Shown: positions 14,048-29,643 of the stretch, in pieces | Numbering within the stretch: the first letter of the stretch is position 1 | Layout: the number at the start of each line of letters is the position of its first letter | From: Octopus vulgaris | Lineage: Eukaryota | Assembly: GCA_951406725.2 (NCBI GenBank) | Contig: OX597841.1 | Coordinates: 2,232,001-2,296,000, forward strand | Length of the DNA stretch: 64,000 bases | Direction: 5' to 3' | The notes under the pieces: generated by a model | Seen by the model: only the letters and a program-made list of their open reading frames with translations | Databases searched by the model: none | Told to the model about the DNA's origin: nothing | Position numbers and translations under genes: made by a program

Positions 14048-14825
14048 GGCGGTGAGCTGACAGAAACGTTAGCACGCCGGGCGAAATGCTTAGCGGTATT
14101 TCGTCTTTCGCTACGTTCTGAGTTCAAATTCCGCCGAGGTCGGCTTTGCCTTTCATCCTTTCGGGGTCGATAAATTAAGTACCAGTTACGCACTGGGGTC
14201 GATGTAATCGACTTAATCCGCTTGTCTGTCCTTGTTTGTTCCCTCTATGTTTAGCCCCTTGAAGGTAATAAAGAAATAGGTATTTCGTCTGCCGTTACGT
14301 TCTGAGTTCAAATTCCACCGAGGTCGACTTTGCCTTTCATCCTTTCGGGGTCGATAAATTAAGTACCAGTTACGAACTGGGGTCGATGTAATCGACTTAA
14401 TACCTATGTCTGTCCTTGTTTGTCCCCTCTGTGTTTAGCCCCTTGTGGGTAATAAAGAAATAGGTATTTCGTCTGCCGTTACGTTCTGAGTTCAAATTCG
14501 GCCGACTTTGCCTTTCATCCTTTCGGGGTCGATAAATTAAGTACTAGTCACGCACTGGGGTCGATGTAATCGACTTAATCCGCTTGTCTGTCCTTGTTTG
14601 TCCCCTCTATGTTTAGCCCCTTGAAGATAATAAAGAAATAGGTATTTCGTCTGCTATTATGTTCTGAGTTCAAATTCCGCCGAGGTCGACTTTGCCTTTC
14701 ATCCTTTCGGGGTCGATAAATTAAGTACCAGTTACGCACTGGGGTCGATGTAATCGACTTAATCCGCTTGTCTGTCCTTGTTTGTCCCCTCTATGTTTGG
14801 CCCCTTGTGGGTAATAAAGAAATAG
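14048..14825 (+). mobile_element. SINE family A tandem tetramer (one full unit + three 5'-truncated ~180-bp units)
   Basis: Junction aagaaataGGTATTTCGTCTG repeated at ~14279, 14463 and 14641. Confidence 0.9.
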
Positions 14826-15361
14826 GTATGGAACTATGTTTCTCAGAATGGCTATGGAGTTATGAAGGTCGCTTTGCAAACACGTTGTTTCGGGTTCAAT
14901 CCAACTGTTCTCACATATAGCCCAGGGTCGAATAATGCCTTCAGTGTGAATTTGGTAGACGGAACCCGTGTGGACACCAGTCATGTGTGTGTGTGTATGT
15001 GTGTGCGTGTGTGTGTGTGAGTGAGTGTGTGTGTGCATAGCCGCAGGAGTGACTGTATGGTAAGAAGCTTGCTTCCCAACTACGTAGTTCCGGGTTCAGT
15101 CCCACTGCGTGGCACCATGGGCAAATGTCTTCTATAGCCTCGGGCCGACCAAAGCTTTGTGAGTGGATTTGGTAGATGGAAACTGAAAGAAGCCCATCGT
15201 ATATATATGTGTGCATGTGTGTGTGTGTACGTGTGTATGTGTTTGTCCCCCTAGCATTGCTTGACAACCAATGTTGGTGTGTTTATGTTCCCGTAACGTA
15301 GCGGTTCAGCAAAAGAGACCGTTAGAATAAGTACCAGGCATACAAAGAATAAGTCCTGGGG

Positions 15362-15409
<48 letters not shown>

Positions 15410-15430
15410 AAGATAGATAGACAGACAGAC

Positions 15431-15519
<89 letters not shown>

Positions 15520-18500
15520 TCAATACATATAGGGCCAACATCTGAAGGATTGCTTTGATCAAATGGTAGAGCACCAGTCATTCTTACTGCAGATGTAGTT
15601 TGGTGTCTCATAAGCAACCTTCGGCTTTTAGAAGGTAGCAAGCTGGCAAATAGTTAGCACGCCGGCCGACATGCTTGGCGGTATTTCATCCGTCTTTAGA
15701 TATTGAGTTCAAATTCCGCAGAGGTCGACTTTGTCTTTCATTCTTTCGATCCGATGAGAGAAGTATCCATTGAAACACTAGAAACAAACTTGCTGGCCTT
15801 GTGCCAAAATTTGAAACCACTATAGGAACAACCTCGCATATGGGGCCCGAGGTGATTGGTTGAGGCATTTTTGTTGGAAAACGTGCATTTTAGATACCCT
15901 GTTACTTTTATTCACAAAGCTTGGATAAATTCGTCGACAAAGTAAAAGCTAATATCCGACTGTGTATAATTCCCTGTTAGTTTCTGTAGCATATTTTGTT
16001 TGCCGGGTCGTCTCCTTGTTATGGGATCGATTTTGCAAATCACTCTGCTAGCCCCTCCTACGCCCGCATGAATATTATTTAGTTTTACTTTGAGAGTTCT
16101 CTCCTCTGGAGAAAGAACCGGTTTCTAACCCAGAGCCAAGTCCCCTTCATTGGAATTTCAACAGCATCAACAGGGCACTTGTGCATCTATGCATATGTGT
16201 GCAACTATTTGGTTCCAGTGCATGTGCAGATCTGTATGTTTTGTATTGTGCATATATTGTCATAGACATCGTTGCATGTCTAGACATATGCATATGCACT
16301 TCAATGCTAACACTTGCTCCATCGTTACCACTACCATCACCCCGACAACTACCACCAAACCCCTCACAGCCACCAATATTATCACCATGACCAGGACCAC
16401 CATCAGCTCCCTCTTAGAAATCCCGAGACGACAACCACTACCATCACCCCAACCACCATCACCACTACCACCAGTATCAACAACAAGAACGAAAACAACA
16501 CTTCCACCACCACTACCTCCACCACCACCGATACCATCGCCTCCACCAACACAGCAACAGCCACAACAATCATCACCATTACCACTTCCGATAACCATCG
16601 CCTCCACCACCATCACCATCATCAACAAGAACAGCAAAAGCAACACAATCACCATCAACCCTATCACCACCGTCAACATCAGCATCAAAACCACAACCAC
16701 CACAACCATCACCATCGTCACCATCATTATCCATTACAACAATAACCACCTATTCTATTAAGTAATCAACTCTATTTCCTCTGCATTGATTAAACTGTGT
16801 TTCACCATTGTTCAATAACAGCTTTTTCTCTTCATATCAAACGACGTGCAATTAATTTGATTAATTAAGCTTCACGTAGAGAAATATTGACGTTAATGAA
16901 TAAAATCTTAATAAACACTGTTGAAAAATCATTTTTAGTGGATATTACTGGCATTAGGAGTCATTGCTGGCGTTTTATACACACTTCTGACATCTCTGGA
17001 CATTACCTGTAGCAGTGAACGATACTAAAAGCATTAACATCTCTGGATTTTACAAGCATTTATAAACAGTCCGGACATTTATAAGCCGTGCTAACTGTTG
17101 TTGATATTACTGTTGATAGTAGGCAGTCCACATATAAGTTTTTTTTCCCTTCAGATAGGTTGCAGAGACTGTATCTCTGGATATTACAGGCATTTGTGAA
17201 CAGTTTTGATATTTGTAAGCAGTCCTAACAGCAGTGGATACTACTGTTAATAGTAGGCAGACCAGAATAAGCTATCGCCATTCACACTTAACCACTTGAA
17301 AGATAGGTGCTGGCCTTTTTCCACAGCAGCGGCTGTATCTCTGGATATTACAGGCATTTGTGAACAATCCTTATGTTTATAAGCTGTTCGTATACTTGTG
17401 GATATTACTGTTAACAGCGAGCAGTCTAGGCATCACTGACCACCCTTCTGAATTAAGTGTGTAATAGATAGGTGCTGCCCGCTGTCTACAGCAATCGCGT
17501 CTCTGGATATTACAAGCTTTTGGGAGCAGACTGAACATAATAGATAGGAGCTGCTCTCACTCTGCCCGAACAAAAGTAAGTTTTGTTTCGGAATTTTCTT
17601 CATGTTTTGTGTGTGGGGGGGTGTCTGTGTGTGTGTGTAATTGCGTGTGCATGAGATGGAGTATGAGACTTTTAGGAGAGCCGTTTTGGCGCCCCCTATT
17701 CGATGTTGCTTTATTTGATATCAGACGTTTTAATGCTTTTCACATTCTCTCCTCTCCACCCCTATCATTCTCTCTCTCTCTCTCCTGCTATTCCCCCCTC
17801 TCTCTCTCTTTCTTCCTCCTCTATCTCTCTTTGGTTATGTGTGTGTATTTTCCCTGATGTGTATGAAGAAAAAGCGAAGGTGCGTGGTCCAGTGGTTAGA
17901 GGGATTGCCCTCATAATCGCAAGATTGTGCTTTTGATTCCCGAACCGGGCGGTGTGCTGTATTGGTGAGCAAAACATTTCACATTGGTCTAGTCCACTCT
18001 GCTGTGAACTTATAACCGTGTGATTGACCGGTGTCACGTTCAGGGTCACAATTTAGTGCTCTTAGCCCCTTGAACACCATGAAAACCAAGTAACCTGCTC
18101 TATGAGGTTGAGTCCAGCGACTCAACAGAGTAATTGTCCAGAGTATGAGGTCAGATAAAGTGTTTTTGCCAATTGTAGCCAATTGATTAATTGTGAAGTT
18201 TTGCTCCCTCGCTCTCTCCCTCGTTCTCTCTCTCTTTCTCTCTGTTTATCTGTGTGAATATATTTCTCTTTGAGTGTATGAGGAGAGGGCATATGTTTAG
18301 ATAAATCCTGTTCAATCAAAAAATTGCATCCTCTCTGTTCTTCTCTCTCTTCGTTTATGTGTAAGAATACATTTCTGTTTATGTAAATTGTATTGGATCT
18401 CCGTCAGTTACGACGATGAAGTTTCTACTTGATCCGATCAACGTGACGTGAAATAAACGTGCAACTGGCTGAACATTCCATAGACATGCATACATTTAAG

Positions 18501-19114
18501 TTAGTACTCAACAATTTTCAGCGTGATAGAGGAACATGAAATAAAGTGTCTTGCTCAAGGACAAAACGCGTCGCCGGGAATCGATCTTCCGGACTTACAA
18601 TCGTGCTCCGATTATTGTACCCACAAAACCACGCGCCTTCACAAAAGGATTGCACCTAGAAAGTTACCCTCCGAATTACAAGTCCAAGCAAGTTTGTTTA
18701 TGGAAGACTAGCAGTCGCCAATGCATTCCAGTCTTCTCTCTCCACACCCGATGTTATCCAACGGAAAAAAAGCCAAGGCCGATACAGCTTGGCACCAGGG
18801 ACGTCGCAATTCCGTTCTACAGCTCAGTGAATTGGAGTAATAGGAAACAAAAAGCGTCTCTCTACCTGTTTATTTGTGTGAGCATATTTCTTTCTGTAGG
18901 TATGCGTTGGGGGGAAGTGCTTATGCGAATCGTGTTCAATTGGAACTTGTAACATCACTCTCTCACAATCTCTATCCTCACTCTTTCTCCGTCTGCCCTC
19001 CCTCTTCGTCTCTCCATCTCCTCCTCTTCCCTTTCTCTCTTTCCATCTTTTTTCCGCTCTCCCTCTTTTTCTCCTTCTCCCTCTCTATCTCCCTATGTTA
19101 ATTCTACCACCAGA

Positions 19115-19466
19115 ATGTTCCAGTTTCCTCCTACCAACCCAGACAAGGCCACAGGGCTGCTGCTGCTGTCGCTCTTCGCCCTCGCCACAATCCCCACCGC
19201 CACCGTTGCCATTCCCTCGCAACAAGAAACCATCGCCAACTACCGATACTTCGGTCCTGGTTACTCGTTCGCTTACCCGGGAACTCCTTCACAAAGCGAA
19301 ATATTCCCCAGCCGAAGTCAAGTGGAATGTGCCATGAACACCCTGAAAAACCGAACAGGATTCTTCAGTTACGACAGAGTCAACCAGCTTTGTAAGACTT
19401 ACCCAGAGAATATTGTGCTCACGGCCAGCAATCTGACCAACAGCGGCGAGAGGTCCTTCTACATAA
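19115..19466 (+). CDS. Paralog B exon 1 of 5 (303-aa putative secreted protein): signal peptide + PAN/Apple-like module
   Basis: ATG at 19115, GTAAGT at 19467. The five exons join in frame to 912 nt. Confidence 0.88.
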
Positions 19467-19506
19467 GTAAGTGAAACTTTACTAATTCCGACTAAAAATG
19501 CTGCTG

Positions 19507-19577
<71 letters not shown>

Positions 19578-19603
19578 GCTGCTGCTGCAACCGCTGCTGC
19601 TGT

Positions 19604-19643
<40 letters not shown>

Positions 19644-20204
19644 GCCGCTACTACTACTACTACTGCTGCTGCTACTGCTGCCGCTACTACTTCTACTACT
19701 ACTACTACTACTGCTACTACTACTATTGCTGCTACTGCCACTACTACTACTGCCGCTACTACTACTACTACTACTACCACTACTACTACTACTACTACTA
19801 CTGCCGCTACTACTACTACTACAGCTGCTACTGCTGCTGCTGCTACTACTACTACTACTGATACTACTACAACTACTTTAACGACTGCAGCTGCTACTAC
19901 TACTACTACTAGTAGTACTACTAGTACTGCTGCTGCTGTTGCTACTAGTACATTTGTTGATGCTCCTCCTACTGATACTACTACAATTACTGTTACTACT
20001 ACTACTACTACAGCTATTTCAGCTCCACCTCTTCCTCCTCCTACTACTACTACTACAACTACAAGTATTACTACTAAAACTACTACTACTACTACAATTG
20101 CTTCTGTTACAACTACTACTACTACTGCTGCTACTACTACTACTACTACTACTAGTTGTCCATGCTTTACTTCCTTTTTATAGCTTATTGTTTTATTTAT
20201 TGCT

Positions 20205-20428
20205 CCCCCACTACTTCTGCTCGTGATCAGAGATGCGTATAGCGTCAGCCACTAAGGGACATGGTCCACTGGTTAAGGTCAAGCAACAGACAAGCAAATC
20301 TGTGGTATTGAGCAGAATATTTGCTGTAGCCCATCTTTTATACCAAGACAAAACAATGTACATGATAACACTCCCAATCAGTTAAGATCAGAAGCCACGA
20401 GAGCCACTGCCTGGTACTGGATCAGGGC

Positions 20429-20430
<2 letters not shown>
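20205..20430 (-). mobile_element. Partial copy of a non-coding element abutting (TAA)n; longer copy at 51800-52357
   Basis: Reverse complement matches 51800-52025 closely. Confidence 0.75.
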
Positions 20431-20480
<50 letters not shown>

Positions 20481-20481
<1 letters not shown>

Positions 20482-20996
20482 TATGTTTGACTTTTGCTTT
20501 ATGTCTGTACAAGTTGGCTCCAAGTCTCATCCAGAGACCTCAAGAGACAACAGGTTAGAAGTTCTGTGCCATATATTTGGGGGGGGGTTGTTTTTTTTTG
20601 TGTTGTACTAGTGAATGTCTAATACATAAAAATAAAAAATAAATAAAAAAAAAAGTTTGTTTTAAACCTTGGGATTACATAGAGAGTATTTTGCGTAGGA
20701 TATGAGCAGTTTCCATGAGCACTATCTTTTGAATTTCTGCCATTTTGGGGTTTCTTGGTATCTGAGTTAGGTAGCAATCAGTCCCTTTCGCTATCATTCC
20801 CAGGGCACCTATGACAACAGGTATTGTTTTAGTCTTCAGCTTCCACATTTTGCTGATTTCTATTTCAAGATCTTTATATTTGCTCAGTTTTTGGTAGGTC
20901 TTGACAGATACGTTTATATCGATTGGGACAGTCATATCAATGAGGAGGCATGTTCTTTGTCTGAAGTCTTTCAGTATGATGTCTGGCCTATTTGCT
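20481..20996 (-). mobile_element. 5'-truncated R4/Dong-like LINE (RLE domain + 3'UTR) inserted in (TAA)n
   Basis: Encodes ANRPDIILKD...LLIDMTVP...KLSKYKDLEIEISKMW...IPVVIGALG...TAHILRK; TTA tracts on both sides. Confidence 0.88.
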
Positions 20997-22811
<1,815 letters not shown>

Positions 22812-22829
22812 ACTCACGACAGATTAGAC

Positions 22830-23031
22830 CAGTGGTTCCCAAACTTTTTAGAGTCGCGACCCACTATTTATCGCACCAGTTTATGACGACCCACTTGTGA
22901 GTCTTGAACTATCTCGATAGACAGCAGTTAATCAAAGCTAATGCGTAATTTTATAACTTTTTGCGACCCACTAAGATTCCGTTCGCGACCCATCTGTGTG
23001 TGTGTCGCGATTCATAGTTTGGGAACCACTG
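22830..23031. mobile_element. hAT (Charlie-like) MITE with 8-bp TSD GATTAGAC
   Basis: TIRs CAGTGGTTCCCAAACT / AGTTTGGGAACCACTG; TSD at 22822-22829 and 23032-23039. Confidence 0.9.
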
Positions 23032-23187
23032 GATTAGACTGCTGGAAAAGAAAAACTCCTAACACTGGGTGACAACAGGTAACCTGGGATGCCAAGAACC
23101 CTCCTAAGTATCCCAGCTGTCCCTAATTACACTGTTTTCCGGGGCTGATTATTATGCTGTTAATACATTTTTTTTTTTTTTTTGCAG

Positions 23188-23366
23188 GAGATCACTGGAT
23201 AAAAGTATATTCCATATCAGAAGGAGCTGGTTCGGATGTCTATAACTCGTTTCTAAATATAGGAGATCGAGCATCATGGAAAGTGGATGATTGCATCGGT
23301 TTTTATTGCCCAAATTTCTTCCGACACTCCATTCTTGACGTCTGGCAACAGATTCCGATTCATGAG
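23188..23366 (+). CDS. Paralog B exon 2
   Basis: Poly-T then gcAG acceptor, GTAGGT donor; phase 1/0; DHWIKVYSISEGAGSDVYNSF... Confidence 0.88.
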
Positions 23367-23635
23367 GTAGGTGTACACACATACGCACACACACAAAGAA
23401 ATACTCGCAAAAATAAAGGGGTTTATTCTTCATGCGTTTGCATATACACAAGCCTAAGCACGCATGCGCAAGCATGGCTATGCGGTTAAAAACTTGCGCT
23501 TTGCAACAATGTGGTCTCGGTTTCAATTCTACTGGTGACGCCTTAGGCAAATACCTTCTACTATAGCCCCAGGACGGCCGATGCCCTGTGAGTGAATTTT
23601 GAAGATGGAACTGTCTGGAAACCAATCTTGTCACA

Positions 23636-23676
<41 letters not shown>

Positions 23677-23986
23677 TAGGACACTCAAAAGGAGAAATAA
23701 AGTGAATTATATGAAAATATTATTTCATATATTCTCTCACTCATAAGGAAAATAATAAAGCAAAAAAATTATAAATTCTGTCCCCTTGAAGGGAAACATT
23801 ATCTGTTTCTTAGTAGACTCTCTTTCCCACGCTTATTCTGAAAGTAACTATAGGTTGCAGCACCAACAGTCGCCAGTCAAATATCCCACGATTGGTTGGT
23901 GTGTTGTGCTTACGATCGAAATATTGTGGTTTCCATTCCTAGACTGGGTAGTGCACCTCACGTTGCTCTGCGATCACTTCGACGCC

Positions 23987-24392
23987 TATTTCTTTACTAC
24001 CCACAAGGGGCTAAACACAGAGGGGACAAACAAGGACAGACAAACGGATTAAGTCGATTATATCGACCCCAGTGCATAACTGGTACTTATTTAATCGACC
24101 CCGAAAGGATAAAAGGCAAAGTCGACCTCGGCGGAATTTGAACTCAGAACGTAACGGCGAAAGACGAAATACCTATTTCTTTACTACCCACAAGGGGCTA
24201 AACACAGAGAGGACAAACAAGGACAGACAGACGGATTAAGTCGATTACATCGACCCCAATGCGTAACTGGTACTTAATTTATCGACTCCGAAAGGATGAA
24301 AGGCAAAGTCGACCTCGGCGGAATTTGAACTCAGAACGTAGCGGCAGACGAAATACCGCTAAGCATTTCGCCCAGTGTTCTAACGATTCTGC
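23987..24392 (-). mobile_element. SINE family A tandem dimer
   Basis: Same internal junction as the 14-kb tetramer. Other family A copies: 26908-27132(-), 29970-30198(-), 34275-34505(-), 39976-40205, 52727-52940(-). Confidence 0.85.
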
Positions 24393-24470
24393 CACTTCGA
24401 CACCTGACGCGTGGTTCACCGTGCACCATGCACCTATTCAGGCGAAGTCTGTTTTATGGAGAGTATGAGC

Positions 24471-25141
24471 CATTGGTGGATCTACCAATTAAACTAATGA
24501 AGCTTAAGCTTTAGGGCCTCTAATCCCAGAGGGGCCCCTCTGAAGCAACTTGATTTTTTTTTTCATTCTGTCAGTTTTTGTATTTAAGTATTTTGCCATG
24601 CAGATTACTGTTACCAGTCTTAGTGGACGTCATATCATACTCCTACGCAGAGTCTAGACACGCAGTATCTAGCCACGAGTTGTTCACCTGCTGTTTCTGC
24701 CGGTGTTTAAAAAAAAAAAAGACTCCGCCGGTTACGACGACGAGGGTCCCAGCTGATACGATCAACGGAACAGCCTTGCTCGTGAAATTAACGTGCAAAT
24801 GGCTGAGCATTCCACAGACACGTGTACCCTTAACGTAGTTCTCGGGGATAATCAGCGTGACACAGAGAGTGACAAGGCTGACCCTTTGAAATACAAGTAC
24901 AACTCATTTTTGCCAGCTGAGTGGACTGGAGCAACGTGAAATAAAGTATCTTGCTCAAGGACACAACGCGTCGCCGGGAATCGAACTCACAACCTTACGA
25001 TCATGAGCCGAATGCCCTAACCACTAAGCCACGCGCCCTCACTTCTGCCGGTGTAGAATAACATCAAAGACTCGCAGATAATTCGCTTTACTTGAATTAT
25101 TTCGGAAACTTCGGCCCTGTCCCTCCCATTGTCAAATATAT

Positions 25142-25214
<73 letters not shown>

Positions 25215-26070
25215 AGCACGGTAGAGATAGGAATTATTTCTACACCATTATTTAATGACCACTGAAAGGTTTGCCTCCTAATTTTGGACTTACAGGCTGT
25301 TCAATAACAAAGCATTTTTTCTGCTTTAAAAATTGTTGGAATATCACCTTGTACAAAATTAACAATTCTTCATTTATGACTATATATTAAGTTGTGGACC
25401 CTTATCTTGATCGATCTCTGTCTCGCTGTGGCTAATGAAAATATTACCCCAATTTTTTTCACAAAGGTCTAGGCCACAAGAAGAATAGCAATATCTTCAA
25501 GAAAGTACTTAAGTGGATACCAGAAATGCCAACTCAAGGGAAAGTAATCTAACGAAATTTCCAAATGTCAAAAACTATCAAACTACTTTACAATGTCAAG
25601 TAAAAGTTTGTCCTCACCTGCAGCTGAAACGAGCCATGCAAGCACCAGTGAGGTCAATGATAGGGCACAAACCATGAGTGCTCTGTTTAGCAATAATCAA
25701 CCTACTGTTGACATCTTTGGTGCAGATGTTGATCACGGTGATCAAAACCTTGGAGAAAAGAGAGAGCAGAAACAGGAAGGAAACTTAGTGATTTTAAAGA
25801 ATATAGTGACCTGGCAAACTGGCCCGTAACAATTGATAAAGATTTCATACAAAACTGTTTAATGCAAGACATCACATTTTTTTTTCAAAATAAAAAAAAA
25901 CCAGATAATATATATACTGAATCCAATACGATTTACAAACCTCCCACTTCATTTTATCGATTTTTATGTATCTTGACACGTGAGTAGAACTCATGTCTGG
26001 AAACCTCATGGCATACTCAGATTGTTGGAAAAATCGATAATAGGGCCCCTGGAAGGGATCCTGATATATA
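24471..26070 (+). mobile_element. hAT (ZMYM1/TTF-type) transposon relic
   Basis: End-like CATTGGTGGATCTA...AAGCTTTAGGGCC and AGGGCCCC motifs. Fragments RKYLSGYQK and SDLANWPVTID resemble hAT transposase N-termini. Confidence 0.5.
24707..25042 (-). mobile_element. tRNA-derived SINE family D with 12-bp TSD TTCTGCCGGTGT
   Basis: Minus head GAGGGCGCGTGGCTTAGTGGTTAG...GTTCGATTCC; TSD at 24695-24706 and 25043-25054. Older copies near 6550-6830 and 17880-18640. Confidence 0.88.
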
Positions 26071-26342
26071 TACATATCTAATATATTTAATTTTTACAGA
26101 CAAGGGAAATAACTCATTCAGTTTCCTATATCATTTGGTATAGTGACAGATTCTTGGGAAGGCGAAGATAATCCGGTTCTTGACTGAGGATAGAAAGCTT
26201 CGGATGACCCGTCTTTGTTTTTTTGTATAGTCTATCTGGATGTTTTGTGTTCTTGTCCCATTTTGTATTTCATATATATATATAGAGAGACGTACGTACA
26301 CTTTGTTCTCTTACATATATATATAACTTGTCTTTTATTCAG

Positions 26343-26506
26343 GTGAAACTTGTCTTATACAAAAATCAAAATGCAGTTGTAACGATGGTGTTTAATGGAC
26401 GAGATACAACCCTTGAGAACTGGTTTTCTCCCAAAAATCTGAAAAGTTCTCCATGGACGGATTTGCCAACGGCTAAACCCAATTACTTCTCAATGGCCGG
26501 ATTTAA
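26343..26506 (+). CDS. Paralog B exon 3
   Basis: ttcAG acceptor, GTATAC donor; phase 0/2; VKLVLYKNQ...NWFS..SSPWTDL..NYFSMAG. Confidence 0.85.
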
Positions 26507-27338
26507 GTATACAATAATTCTTAATCATTGTTTTCTTTTTTTCTTTTGTAGTTGTTACCTTCAGAAGTAGACTTTATAACGTGTATTGATTAGAAAATCA
26601 TTTCGTTTAAACGACAAATGCTAAAAAGCATCGAAATTCTATGAGTTGACTAGATTTGTTCGGCACTGGAAGATGGCTCTTCTGTATCACGTAATTTCAC
26701 CGTATTGTGGGTCATCAGTAGTAGAAAGCCAGAAAAAATCAGTCAAAATTTTATTGATATATAGAATAATACTGACCAAATAACCAGCGATGTCACGACG
26801 AGATACTAGGCTGTGCATCAATTAGTTATTAGCGACAGTTAATAACTATTCGTAGTTAATATTAATTAGTACATCGGACCTAACCTGGATGAGTTGTTTA
26901 CGATACCTATTTCTTTATTACCCACAAAGAGCTAAACACAGAGGGGACAAACAAGGACAGACATAGGTATTGAATCGATTACATCGACCCCAGTGCGGAA
27001 CTGGTACTTAATTTATCGACCCCGAAAGGATGAAAGGCAAAGTCAACCTCGGCGGAATTTGAACTCACAACGTAACGACAGACGAAATACCGCTAAGCAT
27101 TTCATCCGGCGTGCTAACGTTTCTGCCAGCTCGAGTTGTTTGCGATACCGTACACTACTGTAAACGTCCCGAAAAATCATTTCGTGTAGAAGACAAATGG
27201 TAAAAAGCATCGAAATTCTATTGGTTGACTAAATTTCCTCAGTAACGCGAATGGCAGTATTATCCCAGTCTGGGAAGAAGACTGCTTCGCTCACCAAACA
27301 AACAACAGCAAAATCCTATTTTTATTTTCCTTCCACAG

Positions 27339-27502
27339 AAAGAAGCGACGGTTCTACGTGTCTTACACACATTTTGTGTGTGGCGGAGACGAAGGCTGGC
27401 TTATCATCATCGAAGCATTTTACATGTGTCATTGGGAAATACCATATATATATCCCCGATTCATATACTCTAACGCACCTTCGAAAGCCGCATGGCTACT
27501 CG
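27339..27502 (+). CDS. Paralog B exon 4
   Basis: ccacAG acceptor, GTAAGT donor; phase 2/1; RRFYVS...CGGDEGWL...CHWE...PRFIYS. Confidence 0.88.
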
Positions 27503-27556
27503 GTAAGTATTTCGTTGTCTTTTATCTTTTATCTGTGTAAGTGTGGCTTCGTGGTG

Positions 27557-27588
<32 letters not shown>

Positions 27589-27667
27589 GCTGGTGCTACT
27601 GCTGTTGTTGCTATTTTTTATGTTTATTGTTTGTTTTTATTCCTGTTTCTCATGTTACTCTTTCCAG

Positions 27668-27720
27668 GTTACGGATCAGCAGATACCCTGGCCATATTCA
27701 TCCGCTTGATACAGAAATAA
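27668..27720 (+). CDS. Paralog B exon 5 (terminal; GYGSADTLAIFIRLIQK*)
   Basis: ttccAG acceptor, phase 1, TAA at 27718-27720; AATAAA at 27857-27862. Confidence 0.85.
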
Positions 27721-28115
27721 CCAAAACATATGCAGGCATTATTAGTATTGCTGCTGCTATATCTATCTATATGAGCATCTATGACCATCTATATACCTAT
27801 ACTATATCTATACTGTATGACCATCACCGCTGACCCACACTCCATGTACCCCACTCAATAAAAGTCTGTTCAACATTGATCTTTGTTGCGATTCTCTTTC
27901 ATTCTCTCTCTCTCTCTCTTTTTATTTTGAGATAAACAGATTTATAATTATTTGTATACATACAAGGAGTGGCTGTGTGGTAAGTAGCTTGCTTACAAGC
28001 CACGTGGTTCTGGGTTCAGTCCCACATGCGAGGCACCTTGGGCAAAGCCTCTCCACGCGCTACAATGATAGACGCCGAAAGACGATATTACCACCTTCAA
28101 AAACTCCTAGAAATA

Positions 28116-28595
28116 TTGGGTTGTCCCAATATAAGTTCGTACCGATTTATAATAGCTTATCTTTCGACTTATTTTAGAACATAGTTGAGTCCATAAAATA
28201 GGATTTGACCACACCTCCATTTAGAGCACAGTTTAAGCTATCTTTTCGTGGGAAAAGGTTTATGTTCCTATAATCTGTGTTAATTATGTAACCCTTTAAA
28301 ATGGAAGATAAGAAAGTTCATTTTCGGCACTTGATGCTTTTCTTTTTCCGTAAAGAGAAAAATGCTTCACAAGCAACCAAAGAAATATGCGCAGTTTTCG
28401 GTGATGTTTCTTTATCCAAAAGAACTGTACAGAAGTGGTTAACAAGGTTCCGAGCTGGAGATGGTAGCCTTATTGATAAAGAGCGATCAGGCGTCTGCCT
28501 GATCGCTCTACAGGTGATGACCAAATCAAGTCATTAATTGAGAATAACCCTCATTGCACAACCCGAGAATTGGCAGAAAGTCTCAACCTATCAAA
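28116..28595 (+). mobile_element. Mariner element 5' portion (TIR + HTH of transposase), truncated
   Basis: TA-TTGGGTTGTCCC TIR; ORF MEDKKVHFRHLMLFFF..NASQATKEICAVFG..RTVQKW..RFRAGD..DKERSG. Confidence 0.85.
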
Positions 28596-29435
28596 AGAAA
28601 AAGAAGCAAAAAGTTACTTCCCCTGTGTGATATTTCAAGGGAAACAACTCTCTTGAATCATCCCCCTCCCCATGTATTCTTGTTCAGAGACGTGTATACA
28701 GCTTTTATCTTTTACTTGTTACAGTCTGCGGTCATGCTGGAGCACTGCCTTGAAGGGATTTGGTCGAACAAATCGACCCAGGACATTTTGTTAAATCCTA
28801 ATATTTTTTTTCCATCAGTCTCCGTTGCCGAAACGGGGACGTAAACACACCAACAACGGTTCTGGGTTCAGTCCCACCGCGTGGCACCTTGGGGCAAGTG
28901 TCTTCTGCTATAGCTTCGGGCCGACCAAAGACCTGTGAGTGGATTTGGTAGACGGAATCTGAAAGAAGCCCGTCGTATATATGCGCGTGTGTGTGTGCGT
29001 GCGCGTGTGTGTTTGTCTGTGCATCCCCCCCCCCCCCCCCAGACACACGGCACCTGACAGCCAGTGTTGATGTGTTTACGTCCCCGTAACTTTGCGGTTC
29101 GGCAAAAATGTACCGATAGAATAAATACTAGGTTTTAATAAATAAGCTCTTCAGCCGGTGCTCCAGCATAGCCGCAGTCAAATGACTGCAACAAAAGATA
29201 AAAGACACACACACACATATTCGTATATTATTTTATACTTTTACTTGTTTTAGTTATCAGCCTGCGACCATGCTGGAGCACAGCCTTTAGTCGAACAAAT
29301 CGACCCCAAGGCTTATTCTTTGTATGCCTAGTACTTATTCTATCGGTCTCTTTTGCCGAATCTCTAAGTTACGGGGACGTAAACACACCAGCATTGGTTG
29401 TCAAGCGAGTGTGGGGGTACAAACACAAACACGCA

Positions 29436-29522
<87 letters not shown>

Positions 29523-29608
29523 ATCCAAACAAGAAAGCACAAAAAAACACAACAGTGCGAGGACGTGGAACAAATATAGTTTTATTGGATGCTAAGGAAA
29601 GAAGGAGG

Positions 29609-29643
29609 GTTTAACGTTTCGAGCGGAGCTCTTCGTCAGAAAC
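29609..29643 (-). ncRNA. Minimal type-I hammerhead ribozyme with intact core
   Basis: Minus strand reads GUUU-CUGACGA-A-GAGC-ucc-GCUC-GAAA-CG-UU-AAAC. Stem III is the palindrome ACGU, as in Penelope-type dimer-cleaving hammerheads. Confidence 0.8.

Noticed and set aside
26171-26205. Hammerhead-like fold ATCCG...GAAAGCTT-CGGAT upstream of (TA)n
   Set aside because: No recognisable CUGANGA; too degenerate to call.
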